A stretch of 48,055 nt of DNA from an uncultured Clostridia bacterium. GTDB lineage: Bacteria > Bacillota > Clostridia > Oscillospirales > CAG-272. Position 1 is the stretch's first letter. Every line of letters starts with the position of its first letter. Where the stretch lies: positions 1 through 48,055 of the forward strand of contig CANRNZ010000002.1 in assembly GCA_947632135.1 (NCBI GenBank), written 5' to 3'. Below, one piece after another: positions 9,201 through 16,098 of this stretch. Made by a program: the position numbers and the translations under genes. A model generated the notes under the pieces. It searched no databases and was not told the DNA's origin. It worked only from the letters and a program-made list of their open reading frames with translations.

Positions 9201-9275
9201 GCCGAGGGACGCCGCGGTTATGCCCTTTCCGAGCCCCGATACGACCCCTCCCGTAACAAAAATATACTTTGTCAA
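6270..9275 (-). CDS. pyrG/purB: Fusion protein: CTP synthase (N-terminal ~527 aa) joined directly to ADSL-type adenylosuccinate lyase (C-terminal ~474 aa)
   Basis: One open frame (track ORF 6270..9284). The likely start is TTG 9275, 6 nt after AAGAGGTG, giving the canonical PyrG N-terminus [18 protein letters not shown]. PyrG GATase motifs GICLGMQ and VQFHPEF are present. The junction reads [10 protein letters not shown]|[16 protein letters not shown] at nt ~7692-7697. PurB motifs HDVMAH and [15 protein letters not shown] are present. Confidence 0.85.
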   Translation of the reverse strand: MTKYIFVTGGVVSGLGKGITAASLGRLLKARGYKVASQKLDPYINVDPGTMSPYQHGEVYVTEDGAETDLDLGHYERFIDEDLNKFSNLTTGKVYWNVLNKERRGEYLGHTVQVIPHITNEIKDFIYSVGKKTSADIVITEIGGTTGDIESQPFLEAIRQVGLEVGPSNAMYIHVTLVPFLSGSDEHKTKPTQHSVKELQGMGIKPDVIVLRCDRPLEKSIFKKISLFCNVTEDSVIENLTLDTLYEAPIMLEKNGLSAAVCRKLGLENREPDLDGWREMLERIKSPKEDVTIGIVGKYVALHDAYLSVAEALRHAGYETGAGVHIEWIDSESVTEENAKEKLSALDGILVPGGFGNRGIEGKIATERYARENNVPYLGICLGMQIMVIEFARHVCGMEDADSGEFNEMSSHKVIDFLPDQYSGIEKGGTLRLGAYPCRVVVGTKMYECYGKELIHERHRHRYEFNNDFREALSAKGLKISGTSPDGNIVETVEIPENDFHVGVQFHPEFKSRPNKAHPLFLGLVKADRYESPLCERYAGEKMQRIFSADNKFSTWRKLWIALAESEKELGLDISDEQIEEMKAHIYDIDYDRAREYEKSLRHDVMAHIRTFGEVCPKAAPIIHLGATSCYVGDNGDMIVMREALLHIKSKLLSTLSALADFAEAHKDVPTLAYTHFQAAQPTTVGKRATLWAEELLFDLWRLDDVLGSLMFPGCKGTTGTGASFLSLFGGDEEKVFRLENLIAKKMGFDKCIPVSGQTYSRKIDYFIVSVLSGIAQSASKFAGDIRLMSHLKEFDEPFEKKQVGSSAMAYKRNPMRAERIASLARYVITDSLNPAFTAATQWLERTLDDSANRRISLPEAFLATDGILTLYTNIVKGGSVYPGVMEKHLREELPYIATENILMYCVKKGGNRQELHEAIRELSVDVTKRIKLHGGNNDLLSRIAADSRFGVTEEELEKIVNVKNFIGIAPRQTEVFIKDCIRPVLDENRELIEEDDAVNI

Positions 9276-9352
9276 TTTCCACACCTCTTTTGTTTGCAGA
9301 CGCCTGCAAAATTATTTACCTTTTATACTCAGGCTTCAGCATTGCTTTACGC

Positions 9353-9940
9353 TCAGTTTTCGTAAGCGCGGATTATGCTCCGCGCCACCTCCGCTTTTTT
9401 CACGCACCTGTCCATCGCCTGTTTTTCCACGTATCGGTGAGCCTCGGGCTCGCTCATTTTAAGTCTGTCCATAAGGAGCCACTTCGCGCGGTTCACGAGA
9501 CGTATCTCCTCCATTTTGGCTCTGAGGCTGACAGCCTCCCTTTCGTACGCCTCAAATCTGTGTCTTACGGCGCACAGCATTCTCACCGCCATATACAGCT
9601 CGTTTTTTGACAGAGGGCGCTTTAAGGTTACAATGCCGTACTTTTCCACCTTGGACGCCACCTGCTCGAATATATCCGCCTTTACGATAAGTATGACTCC
9701 TATCTCCCGTCTCGCGGCAATGCCGACGGCAAGCTCTATTCCGAAGTCGTCGGGAAGCGGAGTGTTTATCACCACTATGTCGACGTCGGACATTTCGGTC
9801 ATACGTCGACGCGCCTCGCCGCTCTCCGACGCCGAAACGACGCGGGAAAACAAATCCTTGGGGAGCGCGTCGCTCAGCATATTGCAAAGCTGCTCCGTTT
9901 TCGACACGGCAAGCACACTGTACGGACGCCGTTCAACCAC
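9353..9940 (-). CDS. ANTAR-domain RNA-binding antiterminator with a degenerate (pseudo-)receiver domain
   Basis: The C-terminus carries ANTAR (RAKWLLMDRLKMSEPEAHRYVEKQAMDRCVKKAEVARSII). The N-terminus is REC-like but reads SVLAVSKTEQ and DIVVINTPLPDD at the acidic-pocket and phospho-acceptor positions. The likely start is GTG 9940, 4 nt after AAGGGGGAAGG. The track ORF begins at TTG 9973, which has no RBS. Confidence 0.8.
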   Translation of the reverse strand: MVERRPYSVLAVSKTEQLCNMLSDALPKDLFSRVVSASESGEARRRMTEMSDVDIVVINTPLPDDFGIELAVGIAARREIGVILIVKADIFEQVASKVEKYGIVTLKRPLSKNELYMAVRMLCAVRHRFEAYEREAVSLRAKMEEIRLVNRAKWLLMDRLKMSEPEAHRYVEKQAMDRCVKKAEVARSIIRAYEN

Positions 9941-10055
9941 AGGACCTTCCCCCTTTCGGCAGAAATAAAGCAAAACGTTAAATAAGTTAAATAATCGGAT
10001 AATTAAAATAAAAGTAAATCGAAGATGTCATAAAATCAAAGCTCAAAATCAAAAA

Positions 10056-11264
10056 TTAAATCTCAAACGCCTCAAGGTAAGCCTTCGGCAGGCAATCCCT
10101 TACAAATCGGCTGTTCTTTGCCGCCTCGAGCGCCTCGCTCAGCGAGGAGGGCAGCTTTTCGAGGGAGCCCGTCACAAGAGAGTCCGCCGTATAGAGGTTC
10201 TCGTTTACGGGTGCGGAGGGCTTTTCCTTGTTTTTTATCCCCTCGAGTCCCGCGCGGATAATAAGCGCGTACGCAATGTACGGGTTGCACATCGGGTCGG
10301 GGCTTCTCAGCTCTATGCGCCGCCTGCCTTCCGACGCGGCGGGTATTCTTATGAGCTGCGAGCGGTTCTCGGGCGACCACGAAATGTAAAGCGGCGCCTT
10401 TTTCTCCCCGAGTCTCTTGTATGAATCCTCGGTGGGATTGAGAAACAGGGTCATATCCTTTATTCTGTTCATGACTCCCGCCATAAAGCTGTCGCTCGGG
10501 TCCGCCCCGCCGCGGCTTTCCACGGAAATATTTATGTGCATTCCGCTTCCCGCCTCGTTTTCGAGAGGCTTCGGCGAAAAGTCTGCTGTCAGTCCGTTTT
10601 CGACGGCGACGCTCTTTACGGCCCACTTAAAGGCGGAGGTGTTGTCGGCGGCGCTCAGCGCGTCGCTGTATCTGAAATCTATTTCGTTCTGCCCCGGGCC
10701 GACCTCATGGTGAGACGCCTCGGTGACAATACCCATTTCGTTAAGGGTGAGGCATATTTCGCGCCGTATGTTCTCGCCTCTGTCGTCGGGGGCTATATCC
10801 ATATATCCCGCTCTGTCGAGAGGCTCCCTCTCGGCGCCCTCTGTCTGAGAGTCCCCCTTGAAAAGGTAAAACTCCATTTCGGGCCCCACCGAGACTGTTA
10901 TACCCTCAAGCGCCGCGTCGGCTACCGCCTTTTTAAGTATATATCTCGAATCCTTTTCAAAGTGCGAGCCGTCCGGGCGGTACACGTCGCAGTACATTTT
11001 GACGACTCTGCCGTGGGACGGTCTCCAAGGGAGCACAGACAGAGTCGACGGGTCCGGGCGGAGGAACAAATCGCTTTGCTTCTCGTCGCCGAAGCCCGAC
11101 ACCGCGGACGCGTCAAAGGAGATGCCCTCCTCCATCGCGCGCCTCAGCTCGGACGGCGGAACGGACACGTTCTTCTGTTTTCCCCATATATCAAAATATG
11201 CGAGTCGTATAAATTTAACGTCCTCTTCCTCAACGTACGAAAGAACATCATCAAAAGTATACAT
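10056..11264 (-). CDS. glnA: Glutamine synthetase family protein, short GS-I-like (about 402 aa)
   Basis: GS beta-grasp N-terminus (VKFIRLAYFDIWGKQK). Catalytic-domain motifs GSGMHINIS, NPTEDSYKRLG and ENRSQLIRIP are present. The likely start is ATG 11264, preceded by GGGGG. The track start is 11285. Confidence 0.8.
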   Translation of the reverse strand: MYTFDDVLSYVEEEDVKFIRLAYFDIWGKQKNVSVPPSELRRAMEEGISFDASAVSGFGDEKQSDLFLRPDPSTLSVLPWRPSHGRVVKMYCDVYRPDGSHFEKDSRYILKKAVADAALEGITVSVGPEMEFYLFKGDSQTEGAEREPLDRAGYMDIAPDDRGENIRREICLTLNEMGIVTEASHHEVGPGQNEIDFRYSDALSAADNTSAFKWAVKSVAVENGLTADFSPKPLENEAGSGMHINISVESRGGADPSDSFMAGVMNRIKDMTLFLNPTEDSYKRLGEKKAPLYISWSPENRSQLIRIPAASEGRRRIELRSPDPMCNPYIAYALIIRAGLEGIKNKEKPSAPVNENLYTADSLVTGSLEKLPSSLSEALEAAKNSRFVRDCLPKAYLEAFEI

Positions 11265-11300
11265 GTCAGCCCCCAAATTCCTCATATTTAAAACAAAATA

Positions 11301-11370
11301 TTAAAGCAAAATTTTAAAGCAAAATTCGAAAAAGTTTCGGAACGGTTTCGGAAAATTTCGGATTGGTTTC
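11301..11370. repeat. Short tandem repeats in the glnA leader: TTAAAGCAAAAT x2 and GTTTCGG(A) x3-4
   Basis: Read directly in the 11301-11370 stretch. Confidence 0.85.
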
Positions 11371-11371
11371 A

Positions 11372-11406
11372 AACGGGAAAAACGCCGCGGCGGTAAAATG
11401 CCGCGG
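11372..11406 (-). terminator. Leader terminator/attenuator T2 of the glnA-like gene
   Basis: Minus strand reads CCGCGGC-auuuuacc-GCCGCGG followed by CGUUUUUCCCGUUU. An upstream GCGGAcgcUCCGC hairpin overlaps the 5' arm and is a possible antiterminator. Confidence 0.5.
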
Positions 11407-11473
11407 AGCGTCCGCTTTATTTTCCCCTCCCTAATAAGCCTTAATAATTAAAAGCTTAAAACATTAAAACCTT

Positions 11474-11527
11474 AAAAAATTATAAAAGCGCTCACCCGAA
11501 GGGGCAACCTCCCCCGTAGATGAACGC
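11474..11527 (-). terminator. Leader structure/terminator T1 of the glnA-like gene
   Basis: Minus strand reads GCGUUCA-ucuac-GGGG-gagguug-CCCC-uucggg-UGAGCGC followed by UUUUAUAAUUUUUU. It starts about 20 nt after the predicted TSS. Confidence 0.45.
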
Positions 11528-11549
11528 CATTGCTCGCTTCAGCGGCTAT

Positions 11550-11578
11550 AGTATACCAATTTTTACGCTTTTTGTCAA
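11550..11578 (-). promoter_or_regulatory. Near-consensus sigma-70-type promoter for the glnA-like gene
   Basis: Minus strand reads TTGACA (11578-11573), a 17-nt spacer, then TATACT (11555-11550). The predicted TSS is near 11543, giving a 5' leader of about 280 nt. Confidence 0.6.
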
Positions 11579-11865
11579 GTTACTTTTATAAGATTTATAA
11601 GTTTATAATGTTATTGAAATAAATTGCGAAACGGAATAACTCGGAAATAAAATTCAAAAAATCTTACCCGATTTTTTCCGAGCTATCGTAACTCATCCAA
11701 TAAATTTACAAGCTGAATTTACAGGCGGTTTATCCGCATCCCTTTTACCGTGATTTTGCATCCCGCTTTGTCATACAACTCGCACAAAAGTTTGCGGCGC
11801 AATATTTCGTTTGGTGGTGAAATCTCCGAAAAGACGCCGAGTTCCCTTTTTTTCGCCAAGAAGTA

Positions 11866-11894
11866 TTGACAAAGTTTTTTGCGGGTGATAAAAT
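11866..11894 (+). promoter_or_regulatory. Near-consensus sigma-70-type promoter for glnN-asnB-gltBD
   Basis: TTGACA (11866-11871), a 17-nt spacer, then TAAAAT (11889-11894). The predicted TSS is near 11901, giving a 5' leader of about 283 nt. Confidence 0.6.
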
Positions 11895-11907
11895 AGGCAC
11901 AACGGCA

Positions 11908-11948
11908 ACGGCGTCGCAGCAGTATCTGCGGCGCCGTTTTTTTGTTTT
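11908..11948 (+). terminator. Leader terminator/attenuator T1 of glnN
   Basis: ACGGCGTCGCAG-cagtat-CTGCGGCGCCGT forms a 12-bp stem with one G-U pair, followed by TTTTTTTGTTTT. It begins only about 8 nt after the predicted TSS. Confidence 0.7.
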
Positions 11949-12056
11949 AAACTTTTAAAGCTTATTATTTTTATGTTTCAAAGCTTTTTAGAGCTTTGAA
12001 AATTCGTTTTGCAAATTTTTTAAAAAATCAAAAAGTTTTAGATTTCGTATCCGAAT

Positions 12057-12111
12057 CGGCAAAGACGTCGTCGGCTCAAAGTCCGAACACCTTTGCCGTT
12101 TTTTATTTTTT
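12057..12111 (+). terminator. Leader terminator/attenuator T2 of glnN
   Basis: CGGCAAAG...CTTTGCCG forms an 8-bp stem around a 26-nt structured insert, followed by TTTTTTATTTTTT. It lies 73 nt before the glnN ATG. Confidence 0.5.
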
Positions 12112-12183
12112 AAACAGTATTCATTTTAAGTTTTTCTGTTAAATTAAATTATTCAATTTATTTTTTAAGGAGCAGCTTCCAAG

Positions 12184-14271
12184 ATGAAAAAAGTTACTGA
12201 AGAATTCGGTTCGATGGTCTTTGACGAAAGGACCATGAAGGAAAGGCTTCCCAAGGAGACCTTCAAGCGTCTTGAAAAAACGATGAAAAGCGGAAAGAGC
12301 CTTGACGTAAACGCCGCGACAATCGTTGCAAACGCGATGAAGGACTGGGCTATCGAAAAGGGCGCGACCCACTACACTCACTGGTTCCAGCCGATGACGG
12401 GAATTACCGCCGAAAAGCACGACAGCTTTATCGCCCCCACGGCCGACGGCAAGGTTATAATGGAGTTTTCCGGAAAAGAGCTTGTGCGCGGTGAGCCCGA
12501 CGCATCCTCGTTCCCCTCGGGAGGACTTCGCGCGACGTTTGAGGCGAGAGGCTACACCGCGTGGGATCCGACCTCCTTTGCGTTTATAAAGGACGGCGTC
12601 CTCTGCATACCGACGGCATTTTGCTCCTACGGCGGTCAGGCGCTTGACAAGAAAACGCCGCTGCTGCGCAGTATGGAGGCGATAAACCGTCAGGCAATGA
12701 GAATTCTTCGCCTTTTCGGCAACACGGACGCCACATGCGTAAAGACGACTGTCGGCCCCGAGCAGGAGTACTTTCTCATCGACGAGAAAATGTACGAAAA
12801 GCGCCGCGACCTCATATACACCGGAAGAACTCTTTTCGGCTCGAAGGCGCCGAAGGGTCAGGAGCTTGACGACCACTATTTCGGCTCGATAAAAACAAGA
12901 GTCCAGGAGTTTATGAAGGACCTCAACGACGAGCTCTGGCAGCTCGGGATACTCGCAAAGACGGAGCACAACGAGGTCGCTCCCGCTCAGCACGAGCTTG
13001 CGCCCATTTTTACAACGACAAACATCGCCGCCGACCACAACCAGCTTACAATGGAAATGATGCAGAAGGTCGCAAAGCGCCACGGAATGGTATGCCTGCT
13101 TTCGGAAAAGCCCTTCGCGGGTGTGAACGGCAGCGGCAAGCACAACAACTGGTCTATTTCTACCGACACGGGCGTGAACCTTCTTGAGCCCGGCGACACG
13201 CCGTTTGAAAACGCGCAGTTTCTTCTCTTCCTTTGCTCAGTCATCAAGGCGGTCGACGAATATCAGGATCTTATCAGAATATCCGCCGCCTCCGCCGGAA
13301 ACGACCACAGGCTCGGAGCCGCAGAGGCGCCGCCGGCAGTCGTTTCTATGTTCCTCGGAGACGAGCTCACAGAGATTCTTGAGGCGATAGAAAAAGAGGA
13401 GGCCTATGGTGCGCGCGAGAAGGAGCTTCTGAGGGTCGGCGTACACGTTCTGCCGAAATTCCCGAAGGACGCGACGGACCGCAACAGAACATCTCCCTTT
13501 GCCTTTACGGGCAACAAATTCGAGTTCAGAATGCTCGGTTCCTCGGCGTCGGTATCGGGCCCCAACACGATGCTGAACACCGCCGTCGCGGAGGAGCTTC
13601 GCCTCTTTGCCGACGAGCTTGAGGTCGCCGAGGACTTCGAAAAGACTCTCCACGATATAATAAGAAAGACGATAAAAGAGCACAAGAGGATTATATTCAA
13701 CGGAAACGGGTACGACGAATCGTGGCTGAAGGAGGCAAAAAAGCGCGGTCTTCTCAACCTCAAGACGACTCCCGACGCTCTCCCTTATCTCATAAGCAAA
13801 AAGAATATAGAGCTGTTCAAGACTCACAAGGTGTTCACCGAGGAGGAGCTTTACTCAAGATACGAAATCCTCATGGAAAACTATTCGAAGGTCCTCGGAA
13901 TCGAGGCTCTGACGATGGTAGACATGACACGCAAGGATATTCTGCCCTCCGCAATGCGCTACGGACGCGAGCTTTGCGACGCCGCGGCGGCAAAGAAGTC
14001 CCTCGGCGCGGACACGACATACGAGAGCGAGACGCTGAAAACCGTATCCTCGCTCACGACAGGCATTTTCTCAATGGTAGGTCAGCTTGAGCGCGATATC
14101 GAGGAGGCAAAGACGATGGGCGACGTCACAAAAGAGGCAAACTTCTGCAAAGACACCCTCTTCTCCCACATGGCTTGCCTCAGAGCGAGCGTCGACGAGC
14201 TTGAGGAGTGCATGCCGTCCGATACGTGGCCTTATCCCTCTTACGGCGATATTCTGTTCAGCGTGAAGTAA
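12184..14271 (+). CDS. glnN: Glutamine synthetase type III
   Basis: 695 aa, a length typical of GSIII. N-terminus [20 protein letters not shown]...[12 protein letters not shown]; motifs [15 protein letters not shown] and [15 protein letters not shown] lies upstream of the ATG. Confidence 0.9.
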   Translation: MKKVTEEFGSMVFDERTMKERLPKETFKRLEKTMKSGKSLDVNAATIVANAMKDWAIEKGATHYTHWFQPMTGITAEKHDSFIAPTADGKVIMEFSGKELVRGEPDASSFPSGGLRATFEARGYTAWDPTSFAFIKDGVLCIPTAFCSYGGQALDKKTPLLRSMEAINRQAMRILRLFGNTDATCVKTTVGPEQEYFLIDEKMYEKRRDLIYTGRTLFGSKAPKGQELDDHYFGSIKTRVQEFMKDLNDELWQLGILAKTEHNEVAPAQHELAPIFTTTNIAADHNQLTMEMMQKVAKRHGMVCLLSEKPFAGVNGSGKHNNWSISTDTGVNLLEPGDTPFENAQFLLFLCSVIKAVDEYQDLIRISAASAGNDHRLGAAEAPPAVVSMFLGDELTEILEAIEKEEAYGAREKELLRVGVHVLPKFPKDATDRNRTSPFAFTGNKFEFRMLGSSASVSGPNTMLNTAVAEELRLFADELEVAEDFEKTLHDIIRKTIKEHKRIIFNGNGYDESWLKEAKKRGLLNLKTTPDALPYLISKKNIELFKTHKVFTEEELYSRYEILMENYSKVLGIEALTMVDMTRKDILPSAMRYGRELCDAAAAKKSLGADTTYESETLKTVSSLTTGIFSMVGQLERDIEEAKTMGDVTKEANFCKDTLFSHMACLRASVDELEECMPSDTWPYPSYGDILFSVK

Positions 14272-14301
14272 AGCAAGGAAAAAATTCTCACGGAGGTTTC
14301 T

Positions 14302-15882
14302 ATGTGTTCCGTTATGGGTTATTTCGGGCAGAACCCGGATACCGAAAAATTTGAAAAAGGCTTTAACATGACAAAATCCCGAGGCCCCGACGACAGCAGG
14401 ACCCTCAAGGTGGAAAACGGTATTCTCGCCTTTCACAGGCTGTCGATTATGGGGCTTGACTCCTCGGGAATGCAGCCGTTTTCAAGAGACGGCGACTCTG
14501 TCGTCTGCAACGGGGAAATATACGGGTTCAGAAAAATAAAGAAGGCTCTCGAGGATGAGGGGTACGTTTTTAAAAGCGGCTCGGACTGCGAAATCCTTCT
14601 TCCCATGTACAGAAAATACGGCTGCGGCATGTTTAAAATGCTCGACGCCGAGTTCGCTCTTATAATCTACGACGGAAAAGAGAAAACCTTTGTCGCGGCG
14701 CGCGACCCAATCGGTATTCGCCCGCTGTACTACGGAGTCGACCGGGACGGCGGAACTGTTTTTGCGAGCGAGGCAAAAAACCTCGTCGGGCTGTGCGACG
14801 TTATAAAGCCCTTTCCGCCGGGGCACTACTGGAAAGACGGAAAATTTGTCTCATACAGAGATATGAGCCGCGTCGACTCCTTTCACTCGGAGGGGCTTGA
14901 CGTAATATGCGGGAACATAAGAGAAAAGCTGACGCGGGGAATCGAAAAAAGGCTTGACGCCGACGCGCCGCTCGGGTTCCTTCTCAGCGGCGGGCTTGAT
15001 TCCTCGCTCGTCTGCTCCGTCTCCTCCCGCATTCTGAAGAAAAAAATAAGGACGTTTTCGATTGGAATGGACACCGACGCCATCGACCTCAAATATGCGA
15101 GAGAGGTGGCGGAGTACATAGGCTCCGAGCACACGGAAATAATAATGACGAGGGACGATGTGATACAATGCCTTTGCGAGGTTGTCGCCGCTCTCGGAAC
15201 ATATGACATAACGACGATACGCGCGTCTGTCGGAATGTATCTTCTCTGCCGCGAGATACACAGAACCACCGACATAAGGGTAATTATGACAGGCGAGATA
15301 TCCGACGAGCTGTTCGGATACAAATACACCGACTTCGCGCCGTCCGCCGAGGAATTCCAAAAGGAGTCCGAAAAGAGGGTGCGCGAGCTGCATATGTACG
15401 ACGTGCTGAGGGCCGACAGATGCATTTCCGTAAACTCGATGGAGGCGAGAGTCCCGTTCGGGGATCTCGATTTCGCAGAGTACGTGATGTCAATAGAGCC
15501 GTCCGTTAAAATGAACGTCTACGGAAAGGGAAAATATCTTCTGCGCCGCGCATTTTCGGGGGACTATCTGCCGGAGAGCATTCTCATGCGCGAAAAAGCG
15601 GCCTTTTCCGACGCCGTCGGGCACTCGATGGTGGACTGCCTGAAGGAGTACGCCGAAGAGCTTTATACCGATGAGGAATTTAAGGAAAAGGCGTCTCACT
15701 ACAAAACGGCGGCGCCGTTTACGAAAGAATCTCTTCTCTACCGCGAGCTTTTTGAAAAATACTATCCGAATCAGGCGGGAATGATTGCAGGGTTCTGGAT
15801 GCCGAACAAGAGCTGGAAAGGGTGCGACGTCGACGACCCGTCGGCAAGAGTCCTTTCGAATTACGGAGCGAGCGGAATTTGA
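14302..15882 (+). CDS. asnB: Asparagine synthetase (glutamine-hydrolysing)
   Basis: 526 aa. Has the Ntn-amidotransferase Cys2 (MCSVMGY) and the PP-loop SGGLDSS. GGAGG RBS lies upstream; the gene starts 30 nt after glnN. Confidence 0.9.
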   Translation: MCSVMGYFGQNPDTEKFEKGFNMTKSRGPDDSRTLKVENGILAFHRLSIMGLDSSGMQPFSRDGDSVVCNGEIYGFRKIKKALEDEGYVFKSGSDCEILLPMYRKYGCGMFKMLDAEFALIIYDGKEKTFVAARDPIGIRPLYYGVDRDGGTVFASEAKNLVGLCDVIKPFPPGHYWKDGKFVSYRDMSRVDSFHSEGLDVICGNIREKLTRGIEKRLDADAPLGFLLSGGLDSSLVCSVSSRILKKKIRTFSIGMDTDAIDLKYAREVAEYIGSEHTEIIMTRDDVIQCLCEVVAALGTYDITTIRASVGMYLLCREIHRTTDIRVIMTGEISDELFGYKYTDFAPSAEEFQKESEKRVRELHMYDVLRADRCISVNSMEARVPFGDLDFAEYVMSIEPSVKMNVYGKGKYLLRRAFSGDYLPESILMREKAAFSDAVGHSMVDCLKEYAEELYTDEEFKEKASHYKTAAPFTKESLLYRELFEKYYPNQAGMIAGFWMPNKSWKGCDVDDPSARVLSNYGASGI

Positions 15883-15893
15883 GGGAATACCGC

Positions 15894-15960
15894 ATATGAG
15901 TCATATGAATGCATATGAAGTAATATGAAAACATATGAAGGAATATGAAGAAATATGAAT
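15894..15960. repeat. Seven exactly 10-bp-phased copies of ATATGA(A/G) between asnB and gltB
   Basis: ATATGA starts at 15894, 15904, 15914, 15924, 15934, 15944 and 15954. Confidence 0.95.
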
Positions 15961-16098
15961 AAAACGGAAAATTACAATAATTGTCATAATTGTCGGGAAT
16001 ACGATAATTCCGAAAATATAAACAGTATCGAAAAAGAAAATCCGCAAACGGGGAGCGGGGGATACCGCTTTGAGCCCGAAAGGAGGAGCGCTGCGAGC

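Noticed and set aside
9941-9973. TTG start at 9973 for the ANTAR regulator (track ORF).
   Set aside because: It has no Shine-Dalgarno sequence. GTG 9940 directly follows AAGGGGGAAGG and removes an odd MLYFCRKGEGP extension. The start remains uncertain without experimental data.
11474-11527. Resemblance of the glnA-leader element (CGUUCAUCUACGGGGGAGG...GGUGAGCG) to the glutamine riboswitch (glnA RNA / Downstream-peptide motifs).
   Set aside because: I only recall the consensus approximately (a CGUUCA P1 strand and ACGGAAGUAGG-like core). The core here does not match convincingly, and that class is known from cyanobacteria and marine metagenomes. A cmscan with RF01739 and RF01704 is needed, so I do not claim it.
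12139-13143. 334-aa minus-strand ORF overlapping the start of glnN.
   Set aside because: It is antisense to a strongly supported GS-III gene and has no motifs. It would have to start inside glnN and run through the glnN RBS, so it is a shadow ORF.
15955-16098. 48-codon N-terminal extension of gltB (MNKTENYNNCHNC...).
   Set aside because: That ATG lies inside the ATATGA tandem array and has no RBS. ATG 16099 has AGGAGG at the proper spacing and leaves a short propeptide before the Ntn Cys, as in other GltB proteins.
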